From Patescibacteria group bacterium (lineage in GTDB: Bacteria; Patescibacteriota; Patescibacteriia; UBA1558; GWA2-36-10), in contig JBAZSG010000003.1 in assembly GCA_041662585.1 (NCBI GenBank), forward strand, positions 33,011 to 97,010: a stretch of 64,000 nucleotides of DNA, written 5' to 3'. How positions within the stretch are numbered: the stretch's first letter is position 1; every line of letters starts with the position of its first letter. The notes below the pieces were generated by a model, which was not told where the DNA came from, ran no database searches, and saw nothing but the letters and a program-made list of their open reading frames with translations. The position numbers and the translations under genes are program-made. Positions 1 through 9,340 of this stretch are shown here, one piece after another.

Positions 1-2
1 GC

Positions 3-1022
3 AATCTTTCTTTATTTACTTATAGTTGTGTAGCTCGGGCATACAGCTATAATATGATAGATTTTGTTAATGTTAGTTACGGCCCTATAGCTGCTTATGG
101 TAATAAAGATTATTGGTATTCTTTGTTGAATATGCAGTATTTGACTGATAGTATAGCTAAAAATATACTTGAAGATGATAAATGGTTGGATAAGGTAAGG
201 AAAAAATCCTTGGATAACTTTGAAAAGTTTAAGGAAAATTTTAATAGACAACTGAAGTTAGTAGAATCAAAACCAATAGATTTTTTAATTTGGGTTATAA
301 AAAATTATCCTGATTATTTTGCTAGTCTAGGTTTATATAATGGACTTTGGCGTTATATGGAATATAATAATAACAGCCAGAGAAATATGGCTGATGGCAG
401 TACTGACAAAATAGCTGATGAAAGAAGTCAAGTGGCGATACTTTATCCTTTGGTAGAAAAGTATCTCAAGAGTGCTATTAAATCGATGCTTTCGAGTCTT
501 AATTTGCCGAAAATAGATTATTTGTTATTAACTAGAGAAGAATTGCAAGATGTTTTGGAAAATAATATGGTAAATAAAGAATTACAAATCCTGATAAAGA
601 AAAGAAGTAAAGGTTATGTATATTTATACAAAGATAATATAGAGACCATTATTTTTGATAAAGATGTTTTGAATAAAGTCAAAGATTATGCTATTCCTAA
701 AGTAAAAAATTCAGACATTGTTTACGGCATAGCAGCCTATGGGGGGCTAGTTAAGGGTAAAGTAGTTTTGGATTTAAAAAACTTTGCATCTTATAAAGAG
801 CCAATTTATATTACAGCCATGACTCATCCAGATGAGGTTCCTTGGCTTAAAAAATGTTTAGCTATAGTAACTGATGAAGGAGGAGTATTGTCTCATGTAG
901 CAGTGATTGCCAGGGAATTTAAAATACCTGCGCTTATGGGTACTAAAGTAGCTACCCAAATATTTAAAGATGGCGATATGGTGGAGGTGGATGCTAATAA
1001 AGGGATTGTGAAGAAAATATGA
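3..1022 (+). CDS. PEP-utiliser swivelling phospho-His domain protein #1 (probably 5'-truncated by window edge)
   Basis: C-terminal TDEGGVLSHVAVIAREFKIPALMGT...VEVDANKG; frame is open from position 3, upstream of the ATG at 54. Confidence 0.85.
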   Translation, partial: NLSLFTYSCVARAYSYNMIDFVNVSYGPIAAYGNKDYWYSLLNMQYLTDSIAKNILEDDKWLDKVRKKSLDNFEKFKENFNRQLKLVESKPIDFLIWVIKNYPDYFASLGLYNGLWRYMEYNNNSQRNMADGSTDKIADERSQVAILYPLVEKYLKSAIKSMLSSLNLPKIDYLLLTREELQDVLENNMVNKELQILIKKRSKGYVYLYKDNIETIIFDKDVLNKVKDYAIPKVKNSDIVYGIAAYGGLVKGKVVLDLKNFASYKEPIYITAMTHPDEVPWLKKCLAIVTDEGGVLSHVAVIAREFKIPALMGTKVATQIFKDGDMVEVDANKGIVKKI

Positions 1023-2035
1023 ATTTAGATTTTGATAAATCATTAAATTATGAAAGACACCAACGTGATTATTCTATTGTAGTCACTACCCTTGTGTTTA
1101 GAGGTTTGTACAATCAAAATGCCAAGTTTTTTGGTGTAGCTCCTACGGCTTGTTATCTAATAATTAAAAACGATGTTTTATATCATTATATGTCTAAGTA
1201 TGATGGTAAAAGGCGCATGGAAAATTGGCTTCAAAACAATAATATCAAATCTTTTAAAGATCAAGAAAAAATATATTCTGAAAAATTAGAAAAATTTAAT
1301 AAATTTTATAATCAGCAGCCAGATGATTTATTTTTAGCTTTAAAATTGAGCCACGATTTTTTTGTAGATTTCACAGAAATAATTTTATTGGGTTATGAAC
1401 TGCCTTTGTATATGAAAGATATTGCACCTAAAGAAATTATAGATTTTGCTTTTGCTATTAGGCATAAATACGAAGATGTTCACAAAAGAAATGTTGATAT
1501 AACACTAAAGATTTTAAATAAATTGGAAGAAAAGTATAAAATCGAGAAAAATACATTGTCTTATCTAACTATAGATGAGCTAGAAAAATTTTTAAAAACA
1601 GCCGAGTTGCCAGATATTGAAGATAGAAGAAAATATGTATTAATAAAATATGATGGTGATTATTCTTTTTTCTACGACCAAAAAACTTGGAATATTTTAA
1701 ACCCAAAAATAGCTAAAGAATTTGTCCGTGGTAGGACAGCTTTTAAGGGAAAAGTACAAGGCATAGTAAAAGTAATAAATAAGATAAAAGAGGCTGACGA
1801 TTTGAAAGAAGGAGAGATTTTAATTACCAGTATGACAGACCCTCGCTATGTACCAGCTATGAAAAGAGCCGGAGCTATTGTCACTGATGAAGGAGGTATT
1901 ACTTGTCATGCGGCTATAGTTTCTCGTGAGTTAAAAATTCCGTGTGTTATCGGCACAAAAGTTGCTACGGAGATTTTTAAAAATGGCGATATGGTCGAAG
2001 TCGATGCTAATAGTGGTATAGTTAGAAAAATATGA
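1019..2035 (+). CDS. PEP-utiliser phospho-His domain protein #2
   Basis: TDEGGITCHAAIVSRELKIPCVIGT; ATGA overlap with #1. Confidence 0.88.
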   Translation: MNLDFDKSLNYERHQRDYSIVVTTLVFRGLYNQNAKFFGVAPTACYLIIKNDVLYHYMSKYDGKRRMENWLQNNNIKSFKDQEKIYSEKLEKFNKFYNQQPDDLFLALKLSHDFFVDFTEIILLGYELPLYMKDIAPKEIIDFAFAIRHKYEDVHKRNVDITLKILNKLEEKYKIEKNTLSYLTIDELEKFLKTAELPDIEDRRKYVLIKYDGDYSFFYDQKTWNILNPKIAKEFVRGRTAFKGKVQGIVKVINKIKEADDLKEGEILITSMTDPRYVPAMKRAGAIVTDEGGITCHAAIVSRELKIPCVIGTKVATEIFKNGDMVEVDANSGIVRKI

Positions 2036-3438
2036 ATATTATGAAAGTAGATAAATATCAAAGAGTATTTGAAAATCAAAATGTAAGGCCATATTATTCT
2101 ATACCTCACAATCAAGGTTTTGGCGAGCCATTAAAAGAATTGGTTAACTATGAATATGATAGAGTAATATACGTGATTTCAGAATCATACGGTAATAAAG
2201 CATATATTCACGAAGATGAAATAAACAAAGGAGCTAATTATTTTTCTAAAATTTGGAAAGATTCAAAAAAGACTAAGGAGATTTTAGCCGAGATAAGAAA
2301 ACGTTTTTTAAATGCCAAAAAACTAGAATTCAATTTATGGAAAATAGATATAATAAATATCAAGGAAGAAAAATTGGTAAGTAAATTAAATAAAATACAA
2401 GACATGTTACTTAATATTTTAAGTGCTCATGTCATTAGCCAGCCACCTCATATAAAAAGTTTGGAAAAGGAGTTAAATAATAGCCTTGAAAAAATAAAAG
2501 ATGTTGATCAATCATTATTAATTAGATCTTTTACACATTTTGAGGGTGTTTTGCCACACGCAGAGGAAGAAAAAGAAATAGAAAAATATAATAAATTATG
2601 GTCAAATATAGACAGCGATAAGAGAGAGACTATATTAGAAGAGTTGGTAAAAAAATATGGTTGGATAAATGCTGTAGAGGGAGATAAACCATATTCTAAA
2701 GAACATTATAAAAATAAAATAGAAACATATAAAAAGTCTTCTGATATAGAATTGTTAGATTTGAGTAAGTATTCTGTACCGCAAGCAGTAAAAATTGGAA
2801 AACTAATTGGTGAATTAGGCTTTTTACGTTTTTGGTCTAGATTTCATATGTTGGCTCTACATTATCAAATGAAACGTATAGTAAAAGAATTAGCCATCAA
2901 AAAAGAAAATAATTTAATAAATTTAATGACCGTAAAAGAAATTACTAATTATATAAATGGAGATGAAATAAATCTTAAAGAGATAGAAAAAAGAAAGAAA
3001 GGTTATGTGGTTTATTTAAAAAATGGAAAAAGTCATTTAGTGTCTGGCCAAGAAACTGATAAATATATTAAACTTACCAAGGAAGATGAATTGTCTCAAA
3101 AACAGATATCTGGATTTGTAGCATGCAGAGGTTTAATAAAAGCTAAAGCTAGAATTATTGATTTTAATTCAAAAGATTATAATAAAGAAGTATCTCAGTT
3201 TAAAAAAGGAGAAATTCTAGTCACAGGTATGACCCGTCCACAAATTGTACATCTATGTAATAAAGCCTCAGCTATTGTAACTGATGAAGGAGGTATAACA
3301 AGCCATGCAGCGGTAGTCAGTAGAGAATTAAATATTCCTTGTGTAATAGGTACTAAAGATGCCACTAAAATTTTTAAAACGGGAGATTTTTTAGAAGTAG
3401 ATGCCAATAAAGGAATAATAACAAAGATTATTAATTAA
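2032..3438 (+). CDS. PEP-utiliser phospho-His domain protein #3
   Basis: TDEGGITSHAAVVSRELNIPCVIGT; ATGA overlap with #2. Confidence 0.88.
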   Translation: MNIMKVDKYQRVFENQNVRPYYSIPHNQGFGEPLKELVNYEYDRVIYVISESYGNKAYIHEDEINKGANYFSKIWKDSKKTKEILAEIRKRFLNAKKLEFNLWKIDIINIKEEKLVSKLNKIQDMLLNILSAHVISQPPHIKSLEKELNNSLEKIKDVDQSLLIRSFTHFEGVLPHAEEEKEIEKYNKLWSNIDSDKRETILEELVKKYGWINAVEGDKPYSKEHYKNKIETYKKSSDIELLDLSKYSVPQAVKIGKLIGELGFLRFWSRFHMLALHYQMKRIVKELAIKKENNLINLMTVKEITNYINGDEINLKEIEKRKKGYVVYLKNGKSHLVSGQETDKYIKLTKEDELSQKQISGFVACRGLIKAKARIIDFNSKDYNKEVSQFKKGEILVTGMTRPQIVHLCNKASAIVTDEGGITSHAAVVSRELNIPCVIGTKDATKIFKTGDFLEVDANKGIITKIIN

Positions 3439-3446
3439 TATAATTT

Positions 3447-4373
3447 ATGAGTGAAAAAGAAATGGAAATTATGCCTCAAGGGGGCATAGAAAAACAAAGC
3501 GAAAAGGAAAGAGGTCTAAATAATAGAATATTGCTTAAAATAATTCGTCATGGTGAAAAAACCCCCGAAGGTGCTTTAACTGATTATGGTAGAGAAAAAA
3601 CTAGAGAGACAGTAGCAAATGACAAAAAAATAATAGAAGGCATACAAAAAGTAAAAGTTATGGGTAGTAATGCTGGTCCTAAAAATGAAGCTGGACAAGC
3701 TAGAGCTTTGGAGACAGCTGATATTTATGCAAACACACTGGTTAATGAGGAATATTCTGATCCAGAAATAATAAAGTATGAATCTCGTGCTAGATCAATA
3801 TTGGAAGTGGTTGGTCAAAATACACAACCGCCTTTTAATTGGGGTAAGGAGTATAAAGAAAATTTACCTGAAAATTTTTCAGAATTATCTGATGAGGATA
3901 AAGCAATTGCATCAGCTGAAGCCAATGAAAAAAATCTGACAAAATTAATGACTATGCCCGAAGCAGAAGATTATCGTCAGGAAATATCAGCTAGGTATGC
4001 TATGTTTATAAATACCTATATCAAAATGATAGACCGTATAGAAAATGATCAAAAGATTATGTATCCAGTAGGGGCTCATGGTGGACAAATAGAATTGTTT
4101 TTACAAAAATGTTTAAAACGTAAAACAGAAGATGGTGATGAAATTATTGGTTTTAAGGATAGTAAAGAACTAGGAGGTTCTTTTAATCCTAGTGAAGGAT
4201 TTTTTATTGATATCACCACTGATCAAAATGGAGAAAAGAAAATAGAATTCAATTTTGATGATCCAAAAAGGTTTGAGGGTGAAGAATTGTCACTTGATTT
4301 AGATACTATGTATGAACTTATAGATAAATATAAAGAAAAGTATGGTTCTTTTTATGATAAACAAAACGATTAA
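3447..4373 (+). CDS. histidine phosphatase superfamily protein
   Basis: IIRHGEK motif, later RALETA and VGAHGG, matching the RHG...R...H catalytic pattern. Confidence 0.75.
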   Translation: MSEKEMEIMPQGGIEKQSEKERGLNNRILLKIIRHGEKTPEGALTDYGREKTRETVANDKKIIEGIQKVKVMGSNAGPKNEAGQARALETADIYANTLVNEEYSDPEIIKYESRARSILEVVGQNTQPPFNWGKEYKENLPENFSELSDEDKAIASAEANEKNLTKLMTMPEAEDYRQEISARYAMFINTYIKMIDRIENDQKIMYPVGAHGGQIELFLQKCLKRKTEDGDEIIGFKDSKELGGSFNPSEGFFIDITTDQNGEKKIEFNFDDPKRFEGEELSLDLDTMYELIDKYKEKYGSFYDKQND

Positions 4374-4389
4374 TTATTATATAAATAAA

Positions 4390-4431
4390 ATAGAAGTAGA
4401 TGCCACAAAAGGTATAGTGAGGAAAGTATAA
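4390..4431 (+). pseudogene. orphan 3' tail of a PEP-utiliser gene (IEVDATKGIVRKV*)
   Basis: Intergenic DNA translates to the conserved C-terminus of the paralogs; TAGAAGTAGATGCCA is identical at 3392-3406 and 4391-4405. Confidence 0.8.
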
Positions 4432-4496
4432 AATAGGCATTAGACAATTTGGTTATTATTAGCTAAACTTTTAATATAATTATTTATATTTTAAAA

Positions 4497-5330
4497 ATGA
4501 AAATATTGATCATAGGCAAAGGCTATCTGGGTACTCGTTGTGCTGAGGCCTGGAAAAATGCTGTCATTAGCGACAAGATCGTAGTCACAGTCAAAGACGT
4601 GGAAGAGCTTATTGACCAACATCAGCCCGATGCTATTTTAAATGCGGCTGGTGTAGTGGGTAAACCAAATGTAGATTGGTGCGAAAACCATCAAATAGAA
4701 ACTATCAAAGGCAATACTATTTTGCCGTTGATTATAGCGGAAGCTTGTCAAAACAAGGGCGTTTATCTTTTACATATGGCCACCGGTTGTATTTTTTATG
4801 GACAGTCTCCTCACGGTGGTCCATGGACAGAAGAGGATTACGGCAATCCAACAGCGGTTTACACCAAATCAAAACTGGCGGCTGATTTAGCTCTGTCTAC
4901 TTTGCCCAATGTCGGTATTGCTCGTATTCGTATGCCTTTTGATAGCTGCTCTCATCCAGCTAATCTCATTGATAAGCTGGCTAAATATGAAAAAATAATT
5001 GATGTAGAAAATTCCATGACGGTAGTAGATGATATGATTGATGTTTTTTATCAATTACTTGAAAAGAAAGCTGAAGGGATATTTCATGTGACCAATCCAG
5101 GGTCCATCAAACACAAAGAAATAATGGAGCTTTACAAAAAATATGTAGATCCAAATCACAGAAATGAATGGATTACCGAAGAAGATTTGGTCAAGCTCGG
5201 GCTGGCCAATAAAAAAAGATCAAATAATATTATGACCTCTTTAAATCTGCCTAAATATGGTATTAAAATGCGGCCGATAAAAGAAGCCGTTGAAGAGGCT
5301 CTTAAAAAATACGCTAAAGGTAAAAAATAA
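4497..5330 (+). CDS. NDP-4-keto-6-deoxyglucose 3,5-epimerase/4-reductase (plant NRS/ER-like, RmlD family SDR)
   Basis: GKGYLG, NAAGVVGKPNVDWCE, ATGCIF, YTKSK, RIRMP, NSMT, TNPG, RSNN motifs; adjacent to rmlA. Confidence 0.8.
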   Translation: MKILIIGKGYLGTRCAEAWKNAVISDKIVVTVKDVEELIDQHQPDAILNAAGVVGKPNVDWCENHQIETIKGNTILPLIIAEACQNKGVYLLHMATGCIFYGQSPHGGPWTEEDYGNPTAVYTKSKLAADLALSTLPNVGIARIRMPFDSCSHPANLIDKLAKYEKIIDVENSMTVVDDMIDVFYQLLEKKAEGIFHVTNPGSIKHKEIMELYKKYVDPNHRNEWITEEDLVKLGLANKKRSNNIMTSLNLPKYGIKMRPIKEAVEEALKKYAKGKK

Positions 5331-5332
5331 TT

Positions 5333-6061
5333 ATGAGAGGAATAATTTTAGCCGGCGGAGCCGGTAATAGATTGAAACCCTTGACTAAAGTAACTTCTAA
5401 ACAGTTACTGCCTATTTATGATCAGCCGATGATCTATTATCCACTGCAGACTTTAATCAATGGCGGTATCCAAGATATTTTGGTGATTTCTGATCCTAAT
5501 AATATTGGCAATATTGTCCGGTTATTAGGTAGTGGTAAAGATTTTGGTGTCAGAATTCGCTATGAGGTCCAAGATAGTCCCGACGGTCTAGCTCAGGCAT
5601 TTTTGCTTGGTGAGATTTTTATCGGTGATGATGATGTAACTCTTATACTGGGCGACAATCTTTTTGTCGGCGATGGTAAATTTTTGGAGGAAGCGATTCG
5701 AAGTTTTAAGGGTGGTGGTCGGGTTTTTGCCAAGGAAGTGCCAGATCCAGAAAGATATGGTGTAGTAGATTTTGACAAAAAGGGGCAAGCCATTAGCATT
5801 GAAGAAAAACCAAAAAATCCCAAAAGTAATTATGCGGTCACTGGTTTATATATTTATGATAATGGTGTAATTGCCAAAGCCAAAAGTTTGAAACCTTCGG
5901 CTCGCGGAGAATTGGAAATTACCGATGTTAATAATCTTTACCTTAAAGAAGGAAGATTAGATGTCAGAATTTATAAAGATTATTGGCTAGACACCGGTAC
6001 TTTTGATGCTTTACTTGAAGCCGGAAATACTATTGCTAAATTGAGAAAAAATGCTAAATAA
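5333..6061 (+). CDS. rmlA: glucose-1-phosphate thymidylyltransferase
   Basis: GIILAGGAGNRLKPLT, KQLLPIYDQPMIYYPL, EEKP, SARGELEITD, WLDTGT. Confidence 0.92.
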   Translation: MRGIILAGGAGNRLKPLTKVTSKQLLPIYDQPMIYYPLQTLINGGIQDILVISDPNNIGNIVRLLGSGKDFGVRIRYEVQDSPDGLAQAFLLGEIFIGDDDVTLILGDNLFVGDGKFLEEAIRSFKGGGRVFAKEVPDPERYGVVDFDKKGQAISIEEKPKNPKSNYAVTGLYIYDNGVIAKAKSLKPSARGELEITDVNNLYLKEGRLDVRIYKDYWLDTGTFDALLEAGNTIAKLRKNAK

Positions 6062-6063
6062 GT

Positions 6064-6833
6064 ATGAATTTTGAAAATGTTAATGCTAATCTAGAAAAAG
6101 AAAGTAAAGGTGAAAATGTAATTGTTCATTCTGTTTTTATTCGTCATGGAGAAAAATTTCATGATATAAATAATCCAGAAACAGAACTTACTCCTAAAGG
6201 GAGAGAGGCGAGTCGTGAAATTGGAAAAAATAGGCCGGAAGTTGATGCTATAAAAGGCTATAGTAGTGATACTCAAAGAACCCAAACTATGATCCAAATA
6301 ATGAATTTACCAAGAAATTGCAAGGGATAAAAGAAGAGTTGCTAGGAAAAGGATATGATGATTTATCAGAGAATCAAAAAGAAGCCAGGTTAGATGAATA
6401 CAACTCTGTTATTACTGATTGTTATTTAGCTTTGGGTGATCAGAGACCAGATCCAAATACTTATTCCCCAGTAGAAACAGCCGCTACTATGGCCAAGATA
6501 TTGGATAATAATATTAGGATGGCCGATAGATTAAAATCTAATTCAGAAGTTGATTTGGTCAATGCCACACATGATTTTAATATAGTAGCTTTCTTAAAGG
6601 AAGTCTTGGTAAGAAAAATAGATGATAAAAAAGTAGTTGGTTTTGATTCTGTTAAGGAAATAGGAGGAAGTATGGAATTTAATGGTGGTTTTGAAGTTTT
6701 AATAAAGACAGATAATGATGGGCACAAAACTCTAAAAATATTATTTAGAGGAGAAGAATACGAAATAGATGAGACAAGATTAACAGAATTAGTACAAATA
6801 GCCAAAGATTTAAAAAAGCAAGATGAAAAATAA
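6064..6833 (+). pseudogene. frameshifted histidine phosphatase, paralog of 3447..4373 (ORFs 6064..6330 + 6318..6833)
   Basis: FIRHGEK in the first part; the second part aligns with the paralog C-half (NATHDF/VGAHGG, VVGFDSVKEIGGS/IIGFKDSKELGGS); frame change near 6286. Confidence 0.7.
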
Positions 6834-6850
6834 TATAATAATTTATATAT

Positions 6851-7147
6851 ATGCCAAAATTAAATATAAAACCTTCAAGCAAGGCTAAGCTTAAGATTAA
6901 AAGGCCTATTAAAACAGAATCTAAGTTAGAAAAACTTAATAAAATATTAGATAGAGTACGTCCAGCACTAGAGCGAGATGGAGGCAATCTAGAGCTGATC
7001 AATTTTGATGAAAAAAATGGTTTAGTTGAAATTACATTTCAAGGTGCTTGCGCTCATTGTTCTTTGGCTGATGTTACATTAAAACATTTGATAGAATCTG
7101 AAATTAGAGCTCAAATGCCAGAAATAAAAGAAGTAAGATCTATATGA
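6851..7147 (+). CDS. NifU-C/Nfu-type Fe-S carrier protein
   Basis: VRPALERDGGNLEL...FQGACAHC (CxxC). Confidence 0.88.
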   Translation: MPKLNIKPSSKAKLKIKRPIKTESKLEKLNKILDRVRPALERDGGNLELINFDEKNGLVEITFQGACAHCSLADVTLKHLIESEIRAQMPEIKEVRSI

Positions 7148-8502
7148 GTAGAAAGTATGATTTTATGTCAAAACCTTGGGTATATTCTATTTCTAGAAAT
7201 ATACATTTTTGGCACGATGAATTATCTATTAAATATAGTTATGCAGGTTGTAAGAAATTAAAATTACCTTCTTTTCATTATGCTCGGATTAATAATACAG
7301 GTCATGGAGATTTTTTTTATTTAGAAACAGGAGAGTATGGTAAGGATAAATTTAATAAAGCTTTAGAAGATAATTTTAAAGATAAAAAATATATTAATTT
7401 TTTAGAAAATTATTATATCAGTAATGGAGAAAAATTGGTTGAACATTCTAAAAAATTAAAATTAGATTATAAAGAATTTAAAGATTATTTTACAGAATAT
7501 GGAATAATGTGTCCTACTTTAGATGGTACTAACACAGGCAGTAAAATTATTACAGATTATTTATTAAATAAGTTATCTAGCTATCCTGATGCTACTGACA
7601 TTATTTCTTATTACTCTCAAATGCCTAAAAAAAGTCCCATGCAGAAGATGGATGAGGAGTTAGCTAAAGGCATTAAAAATAAAGTAGATAAAAAGAAATT
7701 AGCTAAAACATTATATAATAAGTATTGTTGGATACCAATTAGTTTTATTGGAGATCCTTGGGATTTAAAATATTTTGAAGATAAGATTAAAAAATATAGT
7801 CCAAATAAAGAACATAAATTATCTAAACCAAAAGTTCAAATAGCAGATAATTTAATGTATTACTTAAAATTATTAGGTAAAATAGCTTATTTAAATGAAT
7901 ATAGAAAATCTGTTTTTACTAGAGCCAATTATTATATTAGGCCGTTATTAGAAAAAATTGCTCAGGAGTATAATTTGGGTACTTGGAAAGAAATAAATCT
8001 TTTAGCTAGTAATGAGATATTAGATTTATTAGATGGTAAAGATGATTATCAAAAAAAATTGATAAAAGAGAGAAGAAAGGACTGGTTAATGTATGCGGTT
8101 GGTCGAGAGGGTATTGATTATGTCCATGGAAAGTTGGTAAAAGATTTTAGAAATAAATTTATGCCAAAAGCGAATGGTTTAAATTATGTTTCAGGTACAA
8201 TTGCCAATAAAGGTAAGGTCAGAGGTGTAGTAAAAATTATATATGAACCAAAAGATTTTAATAAGTTTAAGAAAGGGGATATATTAGTAGCTAAGATGAC
8301 CTCTATTGATTTTATACCAATAATGAAGCGTGCGGCAGCTTTTGTTACTAACGAAGGGGGTTTAGCATGTCATGCAGCTATAGTTTCTCGTGAATTAAAC
8401 ATCCCCTGTATAATAGGAGCTAAGATAGCTACCGAAGTTTTTAAAGACGGTGACAGAGTAGAAGTAGATGCTAATAGAGGTATAGTTAAGAAGATAAAAT
8501 AA
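7144..8502 (+). CDS. PEP-utiliser phospho-His domain protein #4
   Basis: TNEGGLACHAAIVSRELNIPCIIGA; ATGA overlap with the Nfu gene. Confidence 0.88.
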   Translation: MSRKYDFMSKPWVYSISRNIHFWHDELSIKYSYAGCKKLKLPSFHYARINNTGHGDFFYLETGEYGKDKFNKALEDNFKDKKYINFLENYYISNGEKLVEHSKKLKLDYKEFKDYFTEYGIMCPTLDGTNTGSKIITDYLLNKLSSYPDATDIISYYSQMPKKSPMQKMDEELAKGIKNKVDKKKLAKTLYNKYCWIPISFIGDPWDLKYFEDKIKKYSPNKEHKLSKPKVQIADNLMYYLKLLGKIAYLNEYRKSVFTRANYYIRPLLEKIAQEYNLGTWKEINLLASNEILDLLDGKDDYQKKLIKERRKDWLMYAVGREGIDYVHGKLVKDFRNKFMPKANGLNYVSGTIANKGKVRGVVKIIYEPKDFNKFKKGDILVAKMTSIDFIPIMKRAAAFVTNEGGLACHAAIVSRELNIPCIIGAKIATEVFKDGDRVEVDANRGIVKKIK

Positions 8503-8517
8503 TTTTAGACAAACGGA

Positions 8518-8550
8518 AAAGCGGCGACACGTTGTGTGTGTCGCCGCTTT
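8518..8550. terminator. intrinsic terminator between convergent genes
   Basis: 13-bp stem AAAGCGGCGACAC/GTGTCGCCGCTTT. Confidence 0.75.
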
Positions 8551-8571
8551 GTTGTTAGTCCGTTGAGCGGA

Positions 8572-9147
8572 CTACTCTTCAATCCAGACGGCATCGATAC
8601 TGCCGTCGTCGTATAGGCGGAAGCGAATCGCTTCCATGGCATCGAGGCTGTGAGCATCGGTCATGCCGAGACACTTGGCCAGCATGGGGATGGTGGGATC
8701 GTGGAAGATCCCGACACCGTGCTGACCCGAATCCATCAGGTCGAACATCTGCTTGAGAGCATTGCGGGCTCCAATGTTGAAGTCAACGAGTACCTGCCGG
8801 TCGATGTTTACGAGCACGGCCTCCATATTGGAGAGGCCACCCTTGATGTCGGCCCGGACATGGTCGGTGATGATAGTGGCGAACAGTTCGCTACTACCGA
8901 GACCGTGGATCGGGTCATGCATCTTCACATGAGTGAAGGCCTGATTGGCTGTCATCATGGCGATGGCGGTTTCGCAGGTGCGGGCGAGAGGCCCCCAGAA
9001 GAGATGGTGAATATTCATGTTGCCTTCGTCGTAGCGCTCCGAGCCTATTTCGTAGGCGTAGGTGGCTCCGTCATAGGAGACATGATTGCCACCGGTATCT
9101 TTGTGCGTGTGGCGATACAAGTCTACGGTTTTGGTTATCTGGGCCAT
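8572..9147 (-). CDS. GC-rich histidine phosphatase-fold protein
   Basis: LYRHT, LARTCETA, GIFHD; start placed at ATG 9147 behind an AGGGAGG SD. Confidence 0.7.
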   Translation of the reverse strand: MAQITKTVDLYRHTHKDTGGNHVSYDGATYAYEIGSERYDEGNMNIHHLFWGPLARTCETAIAMMTANQAFTHVKMHDPIHGLGSSELFATIITDHVRADIKGGLSNMEAVLVNIDRQVLVDFNIGARNALKQMFDLMDSGQHGVGIFHDPTIPMLAKCLGMTDAHSLDAMEAIRFRLYDDGSIDAVWIEE

Positions 9148-9222
9148 TTTGGGCCTCCCTGTTTTGGGTTTTGTATGGTACGCCCCTAAATATAGGGGAT
9201 TCTTGTATTTCAAGAATATATT

Positions 9223-9251
9223 AGTATAGCATATTTTTTATTTAATGTCAA
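9223..9251 (-). promoter_or_regulatory. sigma70 promoter
   Basis: TTGACA-17-TATACT with TG extension. Confidence 0.7.
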
Positions 9252-9292
9252 TATATATAATATATATTATATAGTAAAAAATACTATAAACA

Positions 9293-9321
9293 TTGACATT
9301 TATACTATATCATGCTAGACT
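9293..9321 (+). promoter_or_regulatory. sigma70 promoter
   Basis: TTGACA-17-TAGACT with TG extension, divergent from the preceding promoter. Confidence 0.6.
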
Positions 9322-9340
9322 GAGTAATTGATAAAAACAT

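Noticed and set aside
8650-9189. 179-aa plus-strand ORF
   Set aside because: Antisense shadow of the GC-rich phosphatase gene, which has the promoter, SD and catalytic motifs
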